Of a stretch of 64,000 bases of DNA, positions 1-11,235 are shown in pieces. This DNA comes from Prasinococcaceae sp. CCMP 1430 (taxonomy: Eukaryota; Plantae; Prasinodermophyta). Location: positions 450,250-514,249 of the forward strand of contig RQSC01000029.1 of the NCBI GenBank assembly GCA_013416795.1. Direction: 5' to 3'. The notes under the pieces were generated by a model that worked only from the letters and a program-made list of their open reading frames with translations, had not been told where the DNA came from and searched no databases. Position numbers and translations under genes: made by a program. Each line of letters begins with the position of its first letter. The first letter of the stretch is position 1.

Positions 1-1371
1 CGGCGGCGGCGCGTGCGCGTGCGGCGCGCGCGAGAGCACCACCACACGTCGCGGCGCGCGCGCGCTTTCGGCGCGCGCGGCCGTCGGAAAACGCGGACGG
101 AGCGGCGCCGCGACGCGCGTACCTGAGCGTCTCTCACTGCGCCCTTCCGCGTGCGTCCACACGAAAGACATTCAGAAACATCGCAAGGAATGGCAATTTG
201 ATTGAAAGAATGAGGCGCAGGGGGGAAGCCGCCTCAGACCCCTCCTTCTCGCCCCTCGCCCCTCGCCCCTCGACGCGGCCGACAAGAAACACGCGATTTG
301 CCGTCCCTTTTTATGTATCTGAGTGTATCACAAAGACGCCCTCTCCCATGCGTCCACAGCGCTCCTTCCGCAACACATTCAGAAACATTACGAGATAGGC
401 CACTTTAAATTCATCATATCCCTCTCCTCCATCCCCGCCCGCGCCGCGCGCCCCGCCCCTCCCTCCAGTATTAGGGTTCGCACTCGAGCTCGCGCCTCAT
501 GGCACGACAGGAGACATGCCCACGGGAGACTCGTATTGCGCATCAGCACATCAGTTTGAAAGCGAAACCTTGTGAGTGCCAGGGGGAATGACGGCAGCAC
601 CAGCACCATGTGGGTGCGTGTGCGTGTGTGAGTGCGTGCCCCACACAGCGCGCGCCGCGCACACACGCGCCCGCGCCCGCGCAGGCAGGCGCACGCGCGC
701 CTGGGCGCACGCGTGCGTGGGTGCGCGTGCACAAACACGCGAGCGCGCGCGGCCTCGCCCCCCCAACCCGGTCTATTTTGCGTAGGCCTGGGTCAAAGCT
801 TAGTTTTCAGGTTTTAAAGGGTTTCAACCCCTTCACCGTAAGATGTGACTTTAAAGGCAACACGAGACCCCCTCNNNNNNNNNNNNNNNNNNNNNNNNNN
901 NNNNNNNNNNNNNNNNNNNNNNNNNNNNNNNNNNNNNNNNNNNNNNNNNNNNNNNNNNNNNNNNNNNNNNNNNNNNNNNNNNNNNNNNNNNNNNNNNNNN
1001 NNNNNNNNNNNNNNNNNNNNNNNNNNNNNNNNNNNNNNNNNNNNNNNNNNNNNNNNNNNNNNNNNNNNNNNNNNNNNNNNNNNNNNNNNNNNNNNNNNNN
1101 NNNNNNNNNNNNNNNNNNNNNNNNNNNNNNNNNNNNNNNNNNNNNNNNNNNNNNNNNNNNNNNNNNNNNNNNNNNNNNNNNNNNNNNNNNNNNNNNNNNN
1201 NNNNNNNNNNNNNNNNNNNNNNNNNNNNNNNNNNNNNNNNNNNNNNNNNNNNNNNNNNNNNNNNNNNNNNNNNNNNNNNNNNNNNNNNNNNNNNNNNNNN
1301 NNNNNNNNNNNNNNNNNNNNNNNNNNNNNNNNNNNNNNNNNNNNNNNNNNNNNNNNNNNNNNNNNNNNNNN

Positions 1372-3883
1372 NCGGCCGGCGCGGCGCCGCGCGGTGCCCG
1401 CGGCGGTGGCGACCGAGCCCGAGTCGGAGCTGTCGGACTCGGACACGCCGAGCGCAGTGAAGGCCGCGGCGAACGGCAGCGCGGTGAACGGCGGCGCGCT
1501 CAACGGCAGCGCGCTCAACGGCAGCGCCAGCACGCCCAGCGCCCCGAAGAGCGCGGCGTACGGCATGGGGAAGAAGGGCGCGGCGACGACGAACGGCGCG
1601 GCGCCCGGCGCTCGCGCCCACGACCTGCGCGCGGCGGCCGACAGGCTCGCGGCGCTGCAGCAGGACCTGGAGGCCGAGCTCAACAAGCGCAAGGCGCTGG
1701 TCGACGAGGACGGCGGCGCGCCCGCCGCACACAGCTCGAGCATGAAGAAGAAGGGCGTCGCCGATGCGGTGGGCAAGACCGCCGCGGCGGCGGCAGGGGC
1801 GGCGGCGAAGGCGAGGATGCAGGCCAAGGCCGCCAAGAAGGCGGCCGCCCAGGCGCGGGCGCGGGCGGCCGAGACCGCGGCCAAGGCCGCCGCGGTGGAG
1901 GCGGCCAACCTCGCCATGCCCACGCCGCGCAAGCCCGACCCCCCGCCGCCGACCATCCCCGCCATCCCAGCCATGCCCACGGCGCCGGTGAACGCGGCGC
2001 CCCCGCCGAGGCCGAAGGCGCTGTCGCCGTCTCAGCTTTCGCGGGCAATGCCTCCGCAGGGGATGCCCCCGCCGGGGATGCCCGCGTCGACGGGGGCGCC
2101 GGCGTGGTCGATGCCTCCGCCGCCGAACACGGCCCCGCCGCCGGCCCAGCCGGCGCACAAGCCCGGCGCGAAGCTGATCATTCCCGGGCGGGGACCGGCC
2201 AACGCAGCACCCGCGCCCGCCGCGCAGGCCATGCCGCCGCCCGCGCAGGCCATNCGTACCGTGCCCGGGGTGCCGACGCCCCCGGCGGCGGCGCCCGTGG
2301 CGCCCGTGACGCCCATGCCCGTGGCGCCCACGGCGACGCTGAGCGGCACCGCCGCGCCAGCGGCGCCGTTGGCGCCGGCGGAGCCGCCAAAGAACCTGAA
2401 TGCCATGAACATCATCTTCGTCTCGTCGGAGTGCGCTCCGTGGTCCAAGACGGGCGGCCTCGGCGACGTCGCCGGCGCGCTGCCGCAAGGGCTTTCCAAG
2501 CGCGACCACCGCGTGATGGTGGTGACGCCGCGCTACTCAGACTACGCCGAGGCCGAGGACACGGGCGTGCTGGCGCGCTTCCCGCTCGCCGGGGGGGAGA
2601 TGGAGGTGCGCTACTTCCACGGGTACATCAACGGCGTGGACTACGTGTTCGTCGACTCGCCCGTGTTTTCCAACCTCAGCGACAACATTTACTCGGGCGG
2701 CCGCGAGGACGTCATGATGCGCAACGCGCTGCTGTGCCGAGCGGCGATCGAGGCGCCGTGGCTCGTGCCGTGCGGGGGCGTGCCCTACGGCGACAACAGG
2801 CTGATGTTCCTGTGCAACGACTGGCACACGGCGTTGCTGCCGGTGTTCTTGCAGGAGTGCTACAGGGAGTACGGCAAGCTCGAGTACGCGCGCTCCACCA
2901 TGATCCTGCACAACATGGCGTACCAAGGCAGAGGTCCGATGACCGACCTCAACATGTTCCACCTGCCGGAGCACTGCCACGTCAGGTTCTGCCTGGACGA
3001 CCCCGTCGGCGGCATCCACATGAACATCTTGATGGCGGGCATCAGGTACAGCCAGCGGCTGGTGGCGGTCAGCCCGGGGTACGCGTGGGAGTGCAAGACA
3101 CAGGAGGGTGGCTGGGGTCTGGACGAAGAGATGCGCGAGGCCGAATGGAAGCTCGCCGGCATCGTCAACGGCGTGAACACGGAGGAGTGGTCGCCGGACG
3201 TCGACCCGTGCCTCAAGTCGGACGGCTACACCAACTACTGGCTGGACGACCTGAAGGAGGGCAAGGCCAAGAACAAGCTCGCCCTGCAGAAGGAGCTCGG
3301 GCTGCCTGAGCGAGCGGACGTGCCGCTGGTGGGATTCATCGGCCGCCTCGACTACCAGAAGGGCGTCGACGTGATCGAGGAGACCTTGCCGTGGATGATG
3401 GGTCAGGACGTGCAGCTCGTCATGCTGGGCTCGGGGCGCGAGGACCTGGAGGCCTTCCTGCGGAGGGCTGAGCAGGACAACTCCGACCGCGTGCGTGGCT
3501 GGGTTGGATTTTCGGTGAAGACCGCGCATCGCATCACCGCCGGGTGCGACATGCTGCTCATGCCCTCGCGCTTCGAGCCCTGCGGCCTCAACCAGCTGTA
3601 CGCCATGCGCTACGGCACCGCGCCGGTCGTGCACGCCGTGGGCGGACTGCGCGACACCGTCCCGCCCTTCAACCCCTTCGAGGACACTGGCTACGGCTGG
3701 ACCTTCGACCGGTGCGAGGCGAGCGGCCTCAAGGAGGCCATGGGCAACGCGCTGGAGACTTACAGGAACCACCCCGACAGCTTTGAGAAAATGCAGAGGC
3801 GCATGATGACGCAGGACATGAGCTGGGACAACGCCGCGGAGATGTACGAAGGCGTGCTCGTCGATGCCCTCAACCAGTGGTAG
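1372..3883 (+). CDS. SS2: Soluble starch synthase II (GT5) with long Ala/Pro-rich N-terminal extension; 5' end lies in the assembly gap
   Basis: Motifs [37 protein letters not shown] and [19 protein letters not shown]; C-terminal ..NQW is typical of SSII; stop TAG at 3881-3883. Confidence 0.9.
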
Positions 3884-4078
3884 GTGATAAAAAATTCTCA
3901 CGTCGCGCGCCATGCTCGCGAGCGACAATGTAACGTAACTTGCGGGAACGCCACGTCCTGCGTCAGTGCTCGCGCATCGCCGGGTGACGTCATTATACGG
4001 CAGTGCGGCTGCTGCGGCTGGGAAGGGGGCGCCCCGGTCGGCGCGCAGCGGCGAGCGCGGCGGCGAAGGCGCCTTCTT

Positions 4079-5922
4079 TCACCCAAACTCGACGAAGAGC
4101 GACTCCGCGATGGCCTCCATGGAGGAGATGGCGGCGAGGACCTCCCGGCTGGGCAGCGAGTCGACGCCAATCGCCATCACCGCCTCGCCGACGACGGAGC
4201 CGCTCTTGATGCGCCCGACGGCCATGTGGTTCACGTTGACGCTTTCGGCGCCCAGCAGCGAGCCCACCGCGCCGATCATGCCCGGCTGGTCGCGCTGGCG
4301 GCAGAACAGCACGCTGCCCTCGAGCCTGATGGACACGGGGAAGTCGCCCATGCGCGTAAGCTGCGGCGCGCCGTCGGCGACCTTGCCCTCCAGCGCAATG
4401 GCGGTGGAGTCCTGGCCGTCCAGCGCGGAGCCGAACGCCGCGGCCGACATGCCCGACGCGCGCACGCGGATGGAGCTCACCGGGCCATTGTCGCCCCCCC
4501 CCGAGGGGACCACCGTCTCTGACACGCGCATGCCGCGCTGCTCCGCGGTGAGGTCGGCGTTGACGAGGTTTATCACGCGGTTGGACACGGGCTCGACCAT
4601 GCCCTTGATGACCATCGCGCGCAGCATGCGCGTCTCGAGCGCGTCCGAGGCCTTGCTCGCTCGGTACTCGATGGACACGTCGGTGATGCCCCCCACCGCG
4701 ATCCGCGTGAGCATCTTGCCGAGGGAGTACGCGAGCACCGTGTACGGGGCGAGCTCGCGCATGTCCTCCGGGCGCATCGTGGGCGTGTTGACGGCGGTGG
4801 CGCACTGCTGCCCGCGGAGCGTCCGGAGCACCGCCTCGGCGATCTCGGCGGCGACGCCCTCCTGCGCCTCGGCGGTGGAGCCGCCGAGGCGCGGCGTGAC
4901 GATGACGTCCTCGCGCCCCACGAGGGGGTGGTCGGGCGGCGGCGGCTCCTCCACGAAGACGTCCAGGGCCGCCCCCGCCACGGCGCCGCTGTCGAGCGCG
5001 CGCGCCAGCGCGCGCTCATCCAGCACGCCGCCGCGCGACACGTTGACGATGCGCGCCCCCGGCTTCATGCGCGCGAAGGCCTCGTCGCCGAAGAGGCGCT
5101 CCGTGGTCTGCGTGAGCGGCATGTGCAGCGACACGAAGTCGGCGCGCGCGAGCGCCTCCTCGAACTCCACCTGCTCCACTCCGAGGCTCGCCACGCGCTC
5201 CTGCGAGCAGTACGGGTCGTACACCACCACGCGCATGCCGAGGCCCTTGAGCCTACGCGCCACCTCGTAGCCAACGCGGCCGAAGCCCATGATGGCGGCT
5301 GTCTTCTCGTTGAGGCTGACGCCCACGTACGCGCTGCGCGCCCACTCGCCGCGGCGCATGGAGGCGTCCGCCTGCGGCACCTTGCGCGCGAGCGCGCACA
5401 GCAGCGCGACGGCGTGCTCGGCGGCGGCGACCGTGTTGGCGGTGGGCGCGTTGACCACGACGACGCCGTGCTCCGACGCGGCCTGCAGGTCAATGTTGTC
5501 GACGCCCACGCCCGCGCGCCCCACCACGCGCAGCCGCCCCTTGGACGCCTCGAAGATGTCGCGCGTGACGCGCGTCGAGCTGCGCACGACGAGCGCGTCG
5601 CACAGCGAGATCTTCGAGCGCAGCTCCTCGGGCGTGAGGCCGAACGACACGTCCACGTTGCCGCCGGACTCGAGGATGGCCACGCCCGCGTCGCCCAGCT
5701 TCTCCGTCACGAGGATGTTGGGCGCGGTCGACTCCGTCGTCGCCATCAGCCGCTGCACGCGCCGCTCGGTCTCCTCCGCCATCGCCGCCGCCTCGGCGTC
5801 CGCGGAGAGCGGCTGCGTCTTCTGCGACGACGACGACGAGCGCGACACGCGCGCCGCGCGGCGCAGGGGCGCGCGCGCGCGCCCCTCGCGGCCGCGCGCG
5901 CGGCCGCCGCCGCACCCGCCAT
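4079..5922 (-). CDS. PGDH: D-3-phosphoglycerate dehydrogenase, plant type with C-terminal ASB/ACT domains; start uncertain; catalytic His replaced by Arg
   Basis: Motifs RAGVGVDNID, GFGRVG, VNVSRGG, DVFVEEP, TP(R)LGGST and ACT DQPGMIG. In-frame ATG at 5782; a likely transit-peptide ATG at 5922 is out of frame by one (GC) unit. Confidence 0.9.
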
Positions 5923-6407
5923 CGCCTCGCCCGGAGACCTCCCCGCCGGGAAAGGAAGGAGGGTGGGTGGGTGGGTGAGTGGGCGGGAAGGGCGTCGGCT
6001 GTGGCACACGCGTCACACGCGCACGCGCAGACGTACACACGCACGCACACGCACACACACGCACACACGCACACACACTAAACACACACACTAAACACAC
6101 ACACGCACGCACGCACGCACGCAGGCGCGCAGCATACGCATGCGCATTACAGTAAGTCAATCGAAGAAGCCTCTTACTCTATGTACATGTACATGCACGT
6201 GTTTTCGCGCCTTGATGGACCCTAACCCCAATATTCGCATTTGTGCTGCAAACGGCGCATCTTTGCTGCATTCGACGACCCCACCCCAAACCGTCGCGCC
6301 CCTCCGCGCGGGCACGCCAAAAAAAAAAAAAAAAAGGCGGCCGCGGCCGCGCCGGCCGCGAAGGCCGAGCGGACTTGGAAAAAAAAAACCGCAGCTGCGC
6401 GAATCTG

Positions 6408-6560
6408 TCTTCCATCCGCGTGCGGGTCAGGTCAAACGACGCCATGAAAAAGCCCTCCGTCCGTCCTTCGTCGTACAGCGTGCGCATCTTCCATCCGCGT
6501 GCGTGCGGGTAAAAAAAAGTAAAAAGCGCTCCGGACAAGCGTGCGAATCTTGGATCCGCA
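6408..6560. promoter_or_regulatory. Direct repeats in the A-tract-rich PGDH/AGPase divergent intergenic region
   Basis: TCTTCCATCCGCGTGCG is exact at 6408-6424 and 6487-6503; a degenerate third copy lies at about 6543-6560. Confidence 0.4.
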
Positions 6561-7334
6561 GGCCGGTAAAAAGTTAAAAAAAAAAAACTTAAGAATCGGC
6601 GCGGGGTTCAGAGCTGAGCCAGATATGGATTCGGGCTGATATTTTCTCGCGCCGACCGAAAAATCAAAAAAATCGGCGCGCGCGCGCGAGCGGCGCGGCG
6701 CCCGAGCGCATCGCCCACGGGAGAGCACCCTGATGGCGGGTCGTCCCATCGGATCGCACAGAAGGCCGCCGCGCGGCCGCGCGCGCGAGGGCGGGGGCCG
6801 CGGCCGCGATCGGATAAAGACGAGCTCGAAAAAAAAAAAAGAGTTCCCGTCAGACGCGGCGTTCGGTCAGATGCACCCCTCCGCACCGCACCCAACACGC
6901 GCGCCAAAAAAAAAAAAGGAAAAAAAGTTCTCAGAGGCGCACAGACTTCAGAAAAAGCATTGGTGCGCACCATTCGCGCGCACGACACGTCAAACAAAAA
7001 GGCGGCACCGACCGACCAACAAAAAAAAATAAAAACGGACATCTGCGCGTTACCCCAACGGATTGGATGGAGATTCGCGCCGTCCTCCCACGCGCCTGAG
7101 AATCTCGAACCCCGATAAAAATCGGCCTTTGTGGCGGTTGCGGGATCGGATTCGGTGCGCGCTTTTTGGGAGGACGTCGCCCGCGTGGCGGCGGGCGCCG
7201 CGGCGGTGGGCTTCGGGGCCGCGGCGGCGCCGAGGGGGGGCGCGGGCGCGGGCGCGGAGGAGACGAGGGAGGCGGNNNNNNNNNNNNNNNNNNNNNNNNN
7301 NNNNNNNNNNNNNNNNNNNNNNNNNNNNNNNNNN

Positions 7335-8928
7335 GCGCGCGGCGCGCGGGGCCGCGCGGGGCGGCGACCTTCGAGGCCGTGGAGGCGGCGTGCGACGGCG
7401 ACGAGGCGTGCCTCGAGGCCGCACTGCTGCAGCTCGAGGAGCTTGGGCAGCTCGAGGAACCGGCGCCGGCTGCGCAGTCGATCGACACGCGCACGGTGGT
7501 CGGGGTGGTGCTCGGCGGGGGTGCGGGCACGCGCCTCTATCCGCTCACGCGGCAGCGCGCGAAGCCCGCGGTGCCCGTGGGCGGCTCGTACAGGCTGATC
7601 GACGTGCCGCTTTCCAACTGCCTCAACAGCGGCATCGGCCGCGTGTACGTCCTGACGCAGTTCAACTCGGCCTCTCTCAACCGCCACGTGAGCCGCACGT
7701 ACGGCGGCGAGTTCGCCAGCTTCGGCTCGGAAGGCTTCGTGGAGGTGCTCGCCGCCACCATGACCGCGGCCGAGAACTCGGGCGGCGACTGGTTCCGGGG
7801 CACGGCTGACGCCGTGCGCCAGTACCTGTGGCTCTTCTCAGACCCCAAGAACAAGGGGTGCGAGGACGTCATGATCCTGTCCGGCGATCACCTCTACAGG
7901 ATGGACTACACGCAGTTCATCGCCGCGCATCGCCAGAAGGGCGCCGACGTCACGGTCGCGTGTCTGCCCGTGGACAAGTCGCGCGCCTCGGACTTCGGGC
8001 TGATGAGGATCGACGACGAGGGCCGCGTGTGCGAGTTCGCTGAGAAGCCCAAAGGGGACGCGCTCGCCGCTATGGAGGTGGACACCACCGTGCTGGGCCT
8101 CTCTCGCGAGGAGGCCGAGCGCACTCCGTACATCGCGAGCATGGGCATCTACGTGTTCCGCAAGTCGGTGCTCATCGATCTGCTGGCGGAGAGCTTGCCG
8201 TGCGCGATGGACTTCGGTTCGGAGGTCATCCCCCAGGCGAAGGATGGATACCACATACAGGCGTTCCTTTTTACGGGATACTGGGAGGACATCGGAACCA
8301 TGCGCAGCTTCTACGACGCCAACCTGGCGTTGACCGACAGCCCGCCCGACTTCGCCTTCTACGATGCCGCGGCTCCCATCTACACGTCGCCGCGCTTTCT
8401 GCCGCCGAGCAACATCTTCAACTCCGAGGTGTGCGACTCAATCGTGTCCCACGGCAGCGACCTGAACAGCTGCCGCGTGAGGCACTCGTTGGTGGGCCTC
8501 CGTTCGCGCATTGCCGAGGGCGCGCTGCTGCAGGACACGCTCATGATGGGCGCGGATTACTACGAGACGGAGGCGGAGCAAGCGGCACTGCACATGGCCG
8601 GACAAATTCCAATGGGCATCGGTGCGTGCGCGAGCGCTCGCCCCTGCGCGTCCGAGCAGCGACGAGCGCCTCCTGACCCTAATGCCGTGCGCGCGCGCGC
8701 GCACGCGCGCACGCGCACGCCCTGCGTCACCACCGCTGCGCTGCAGGGGCAAACACTGTCGTCAAAGGCTGCATCATCGATAAGAACGCGCGCATCGGGG
8801 CAAATTGCCGCATAACCAACGCGCAGGGCATCGTGGAGGCGCGGCGCGAGGAGCACGGATACTGCATCCGTGACGGCATTCTTACGGTGCTCAGGAACGG
8901 TACTATCGCCGACAACACCATCATATAG
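7335..8928 (+). CDS. APL: ADP-glucose pyrophosphorylase large subunit; intron 8622-8746; start at or before the 7276-7334 gap
   Basis: Motifs [49 protein letters not shown] and [17 protein letters not shown]. The spliced last exon reads [18 protein letters not shown]...DNTII*. Confidence 0.92.
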
Positions 8929-9573
8929 CTAGAGCTCGCTGGTCAGAGTGGGCGGTGGTTCTACCCGGCTCGCCATGTACACTAACTACACGATCTTGTT
9001 GCCTAACGCCCCCACCTGGCACCGCGGTGCCCACGCGTGCGAGCGCGTCTCGCTCTCGCGTGCGCACACGCCGCTCGCCAGCCTGCGCGCCCGTTCGGCA
9101 CGTGAGGCGCCCCTTTCCGTCCAATGTGCCGCCCACTGCTGGGTTGGCCGCCATGATGTCGCGTGTGGCACAGTCGCCACGAAGGTGGCATGCGTAGATT
9201 GCTTCCAGGTGCGCTCGCTTGGCGCCTGCGCGTGCCGCGGGAGAAAGGGAGACAGGCAGGAAAGGAAGGGGGGGGGGGGGGGAAGGTCACCCTGCAGGCG
9301 AATTGACGGCTCCCTTTTTTTTCGCGCCAAAAGACAGGGCCGAAGACGGCCCCATTCCCCCGTATCAATTCGCATGGGTTCCGACGGTGCCGGAGGAATT
9401 CCGCGCGCCGCGCGCGCGCAGTGAGGGGAGCGGCGGGAGAGCGCTGCGCGCCGGCGGCGGCGTGGCTGCTGCCACACGTGGGGCGTGGGGGCGCCCTGGG
9501 CGCAGCAGGGCACTCGGCAGCGCACAGCGTGGACAGAGGAGGGGGGAGCGGGGAGGGGGGGAACCGACAGGTG

Positions 9574-11131
9574 TCAGCCGGCTGAGTGAGAGTGTTGGGC
9601 AAGGTGGGCAGCGATTGGCTGTGCTCGATCCCACAGGCATCGGCGCACGACCGGCAGCGCGCGGTGTGAGGCTCTCACGCAGTACCCATAGCCGCCGCTG
9701 TACTCACAGTGGTAGTTCACGTGCACGCTCGCCAGGCTGTCGGCCAGACCACCACTTGACGCCATGCGAAAGTACGCCCTGGAGGCGCAGAACACATCGA
9801 GAGGCACCACGCGCACGCTCAGCCCGGCGCTCCCTGCCATTACCATTGCGTGGTCGCTGAGGCCAGCACTGCCATAGGACTGCCCACCAGGGGCCACGAG
9901 CGCAGGCGCGTGCAGCTCCTCGTTGAGCACCAGCTGGTCCCAAGCAGGCGCCATCGCCAGCCTCGCCGCGACTGCCGCCATCGCCGCCGCGGTGCGAATT
10001 CCAGCCCGTACCCAGAAGAAGCCCGCATTCACGTGCGCTCGCTGCAGATGCACGCCACCCCAGGAGTTCACGCCGAGTGAACCGCGCACCGTCTCGTCGT
10101 CCCAGCCGTCGCTTGCCCCTTCCACGTCGCAGTCCCGCACGAGCACGGCGAATGGGTCCCGCAGCACGGCCACTACGTGCGCGTGCGCGTGCGCGCGGTC
10201 AGCTCGCGCGTGGCTCCCATGTTGTGCGCGCTGCTTTGCGCTGCGAACACGCACGCGCGCGCGCATGCTCACCGTCAAGGTCGCACACGAGCGTGGCGTA
10301 CCCCAGAGCGAGCGCTGCGGACACCACCCCGTACTTGAGAGCGGAGACCACCTCACCGCGCCTGGCTGCCCCCCTGCTCGCCGGCAGCGCACCGTAAGCG
10401 CCCGAGGATGCGTTGATCGCATGCACCGCCCAGCCGCGCCGGGCGGCCTCCGCCGTCGCATCGGCATCGAGCGCCACGACGAGAAAGTTGCGAGCGCCGG
10501 CCGCGTCCATCGCCGCGCCCCAAAGGCCGAGCATGCCCCCGTCGCCTCCAGCGCCGCCGCCGCCTGCGTCGTCGCTGCCCGCCACCCCTGCATCCGCGAG
10601 CACCACTGCAACCTCCCTGGCCGGACGCCCAGCCCCCGAGCGTCGCGTAACTGCCCAGTCCAGCGCACGGCGCAGCGATGCGAGCTCGCGCGCGGCTGCG
10701 GCGCGTGCAGCGCGGTCGGGAGGAGAGAGCTGCGGCTGCTGCAAACCGAGGTAGGCCCCCTCCTCGGATGCCTCCCGACGGCGTTGCCGGCCAGCTCCGA
10801 CCGTGGGGAGTCGCTGCGAGGAAGGCGCCTCTACTTTCGCGCCAATGCCCCCCGGCCATGCAGTGGCTTTTCCCCGTGCTGCCAGCAGCGGCGGCAGCGC
10901 CAGCAGCGCCAGCAGCGCCAACGACGCCAACAGCAACGCTGGCAACGCCCGCGCCGCCAGCAGCGCCGCCCGCGCCCGCCGGCCGCGAGACGAAAGTCCG
11001 CCTCTGCTATCGTCTTCGTCGTCGCCACCGTCGACCCCGACCAGTCGCTCTACAGCGCGAGTGGCCTCGGTGACCGCGCTGCGCACGCTCGCGACGCGGT
11101 CATATCGAGCGCCTTCCAACGCGCTTCGCGC
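9574..11131 (-). CDS. GT77 nucleotide-diphospho-sugar transferase (RRA-like arabinosyltransferase), type II membrane protein; intron 10173-10272; both ends uncertain
   Basis: N-terminal TM segment, NFLVVALD, LVCDLD|VAVLRDPF (DxD motif), DVEGASDG, NAGFFWVR, WDQLVLNE and VHVNYH. Confidence 0.7.
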
Positions 11132-11235
11132 NCTCGGAGGCGGGTGCGACCCCTCGCCGCGTTCGCGAGCGCGCGCGCCCGGCCGCGCCGCTCTCCCGGG
11201 GGGGGCGGGGGCGGCGCGCACCTCCAGGGCGCACC

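Noticed and set aside
168-387. 14-bp direct repeat ACATTCAGAAACAT at 168 and 374
   Set aside because: Only two short copies with no element structure around them; function cannot be supported.
782-874. Telomere-like or hairpin sequence (GGTTTTAAAGGGTTTCAACCCC) before the gap
   Set aside because: Too degenerate, and truncated by the N gap.
5782-5922. Apparent programmed frameshift between the PGDH transit-peptide ATG and the main frame
   Set aside because: Removing one GC unit in a (GC)n run restores the frame; most likely an assembly indel.
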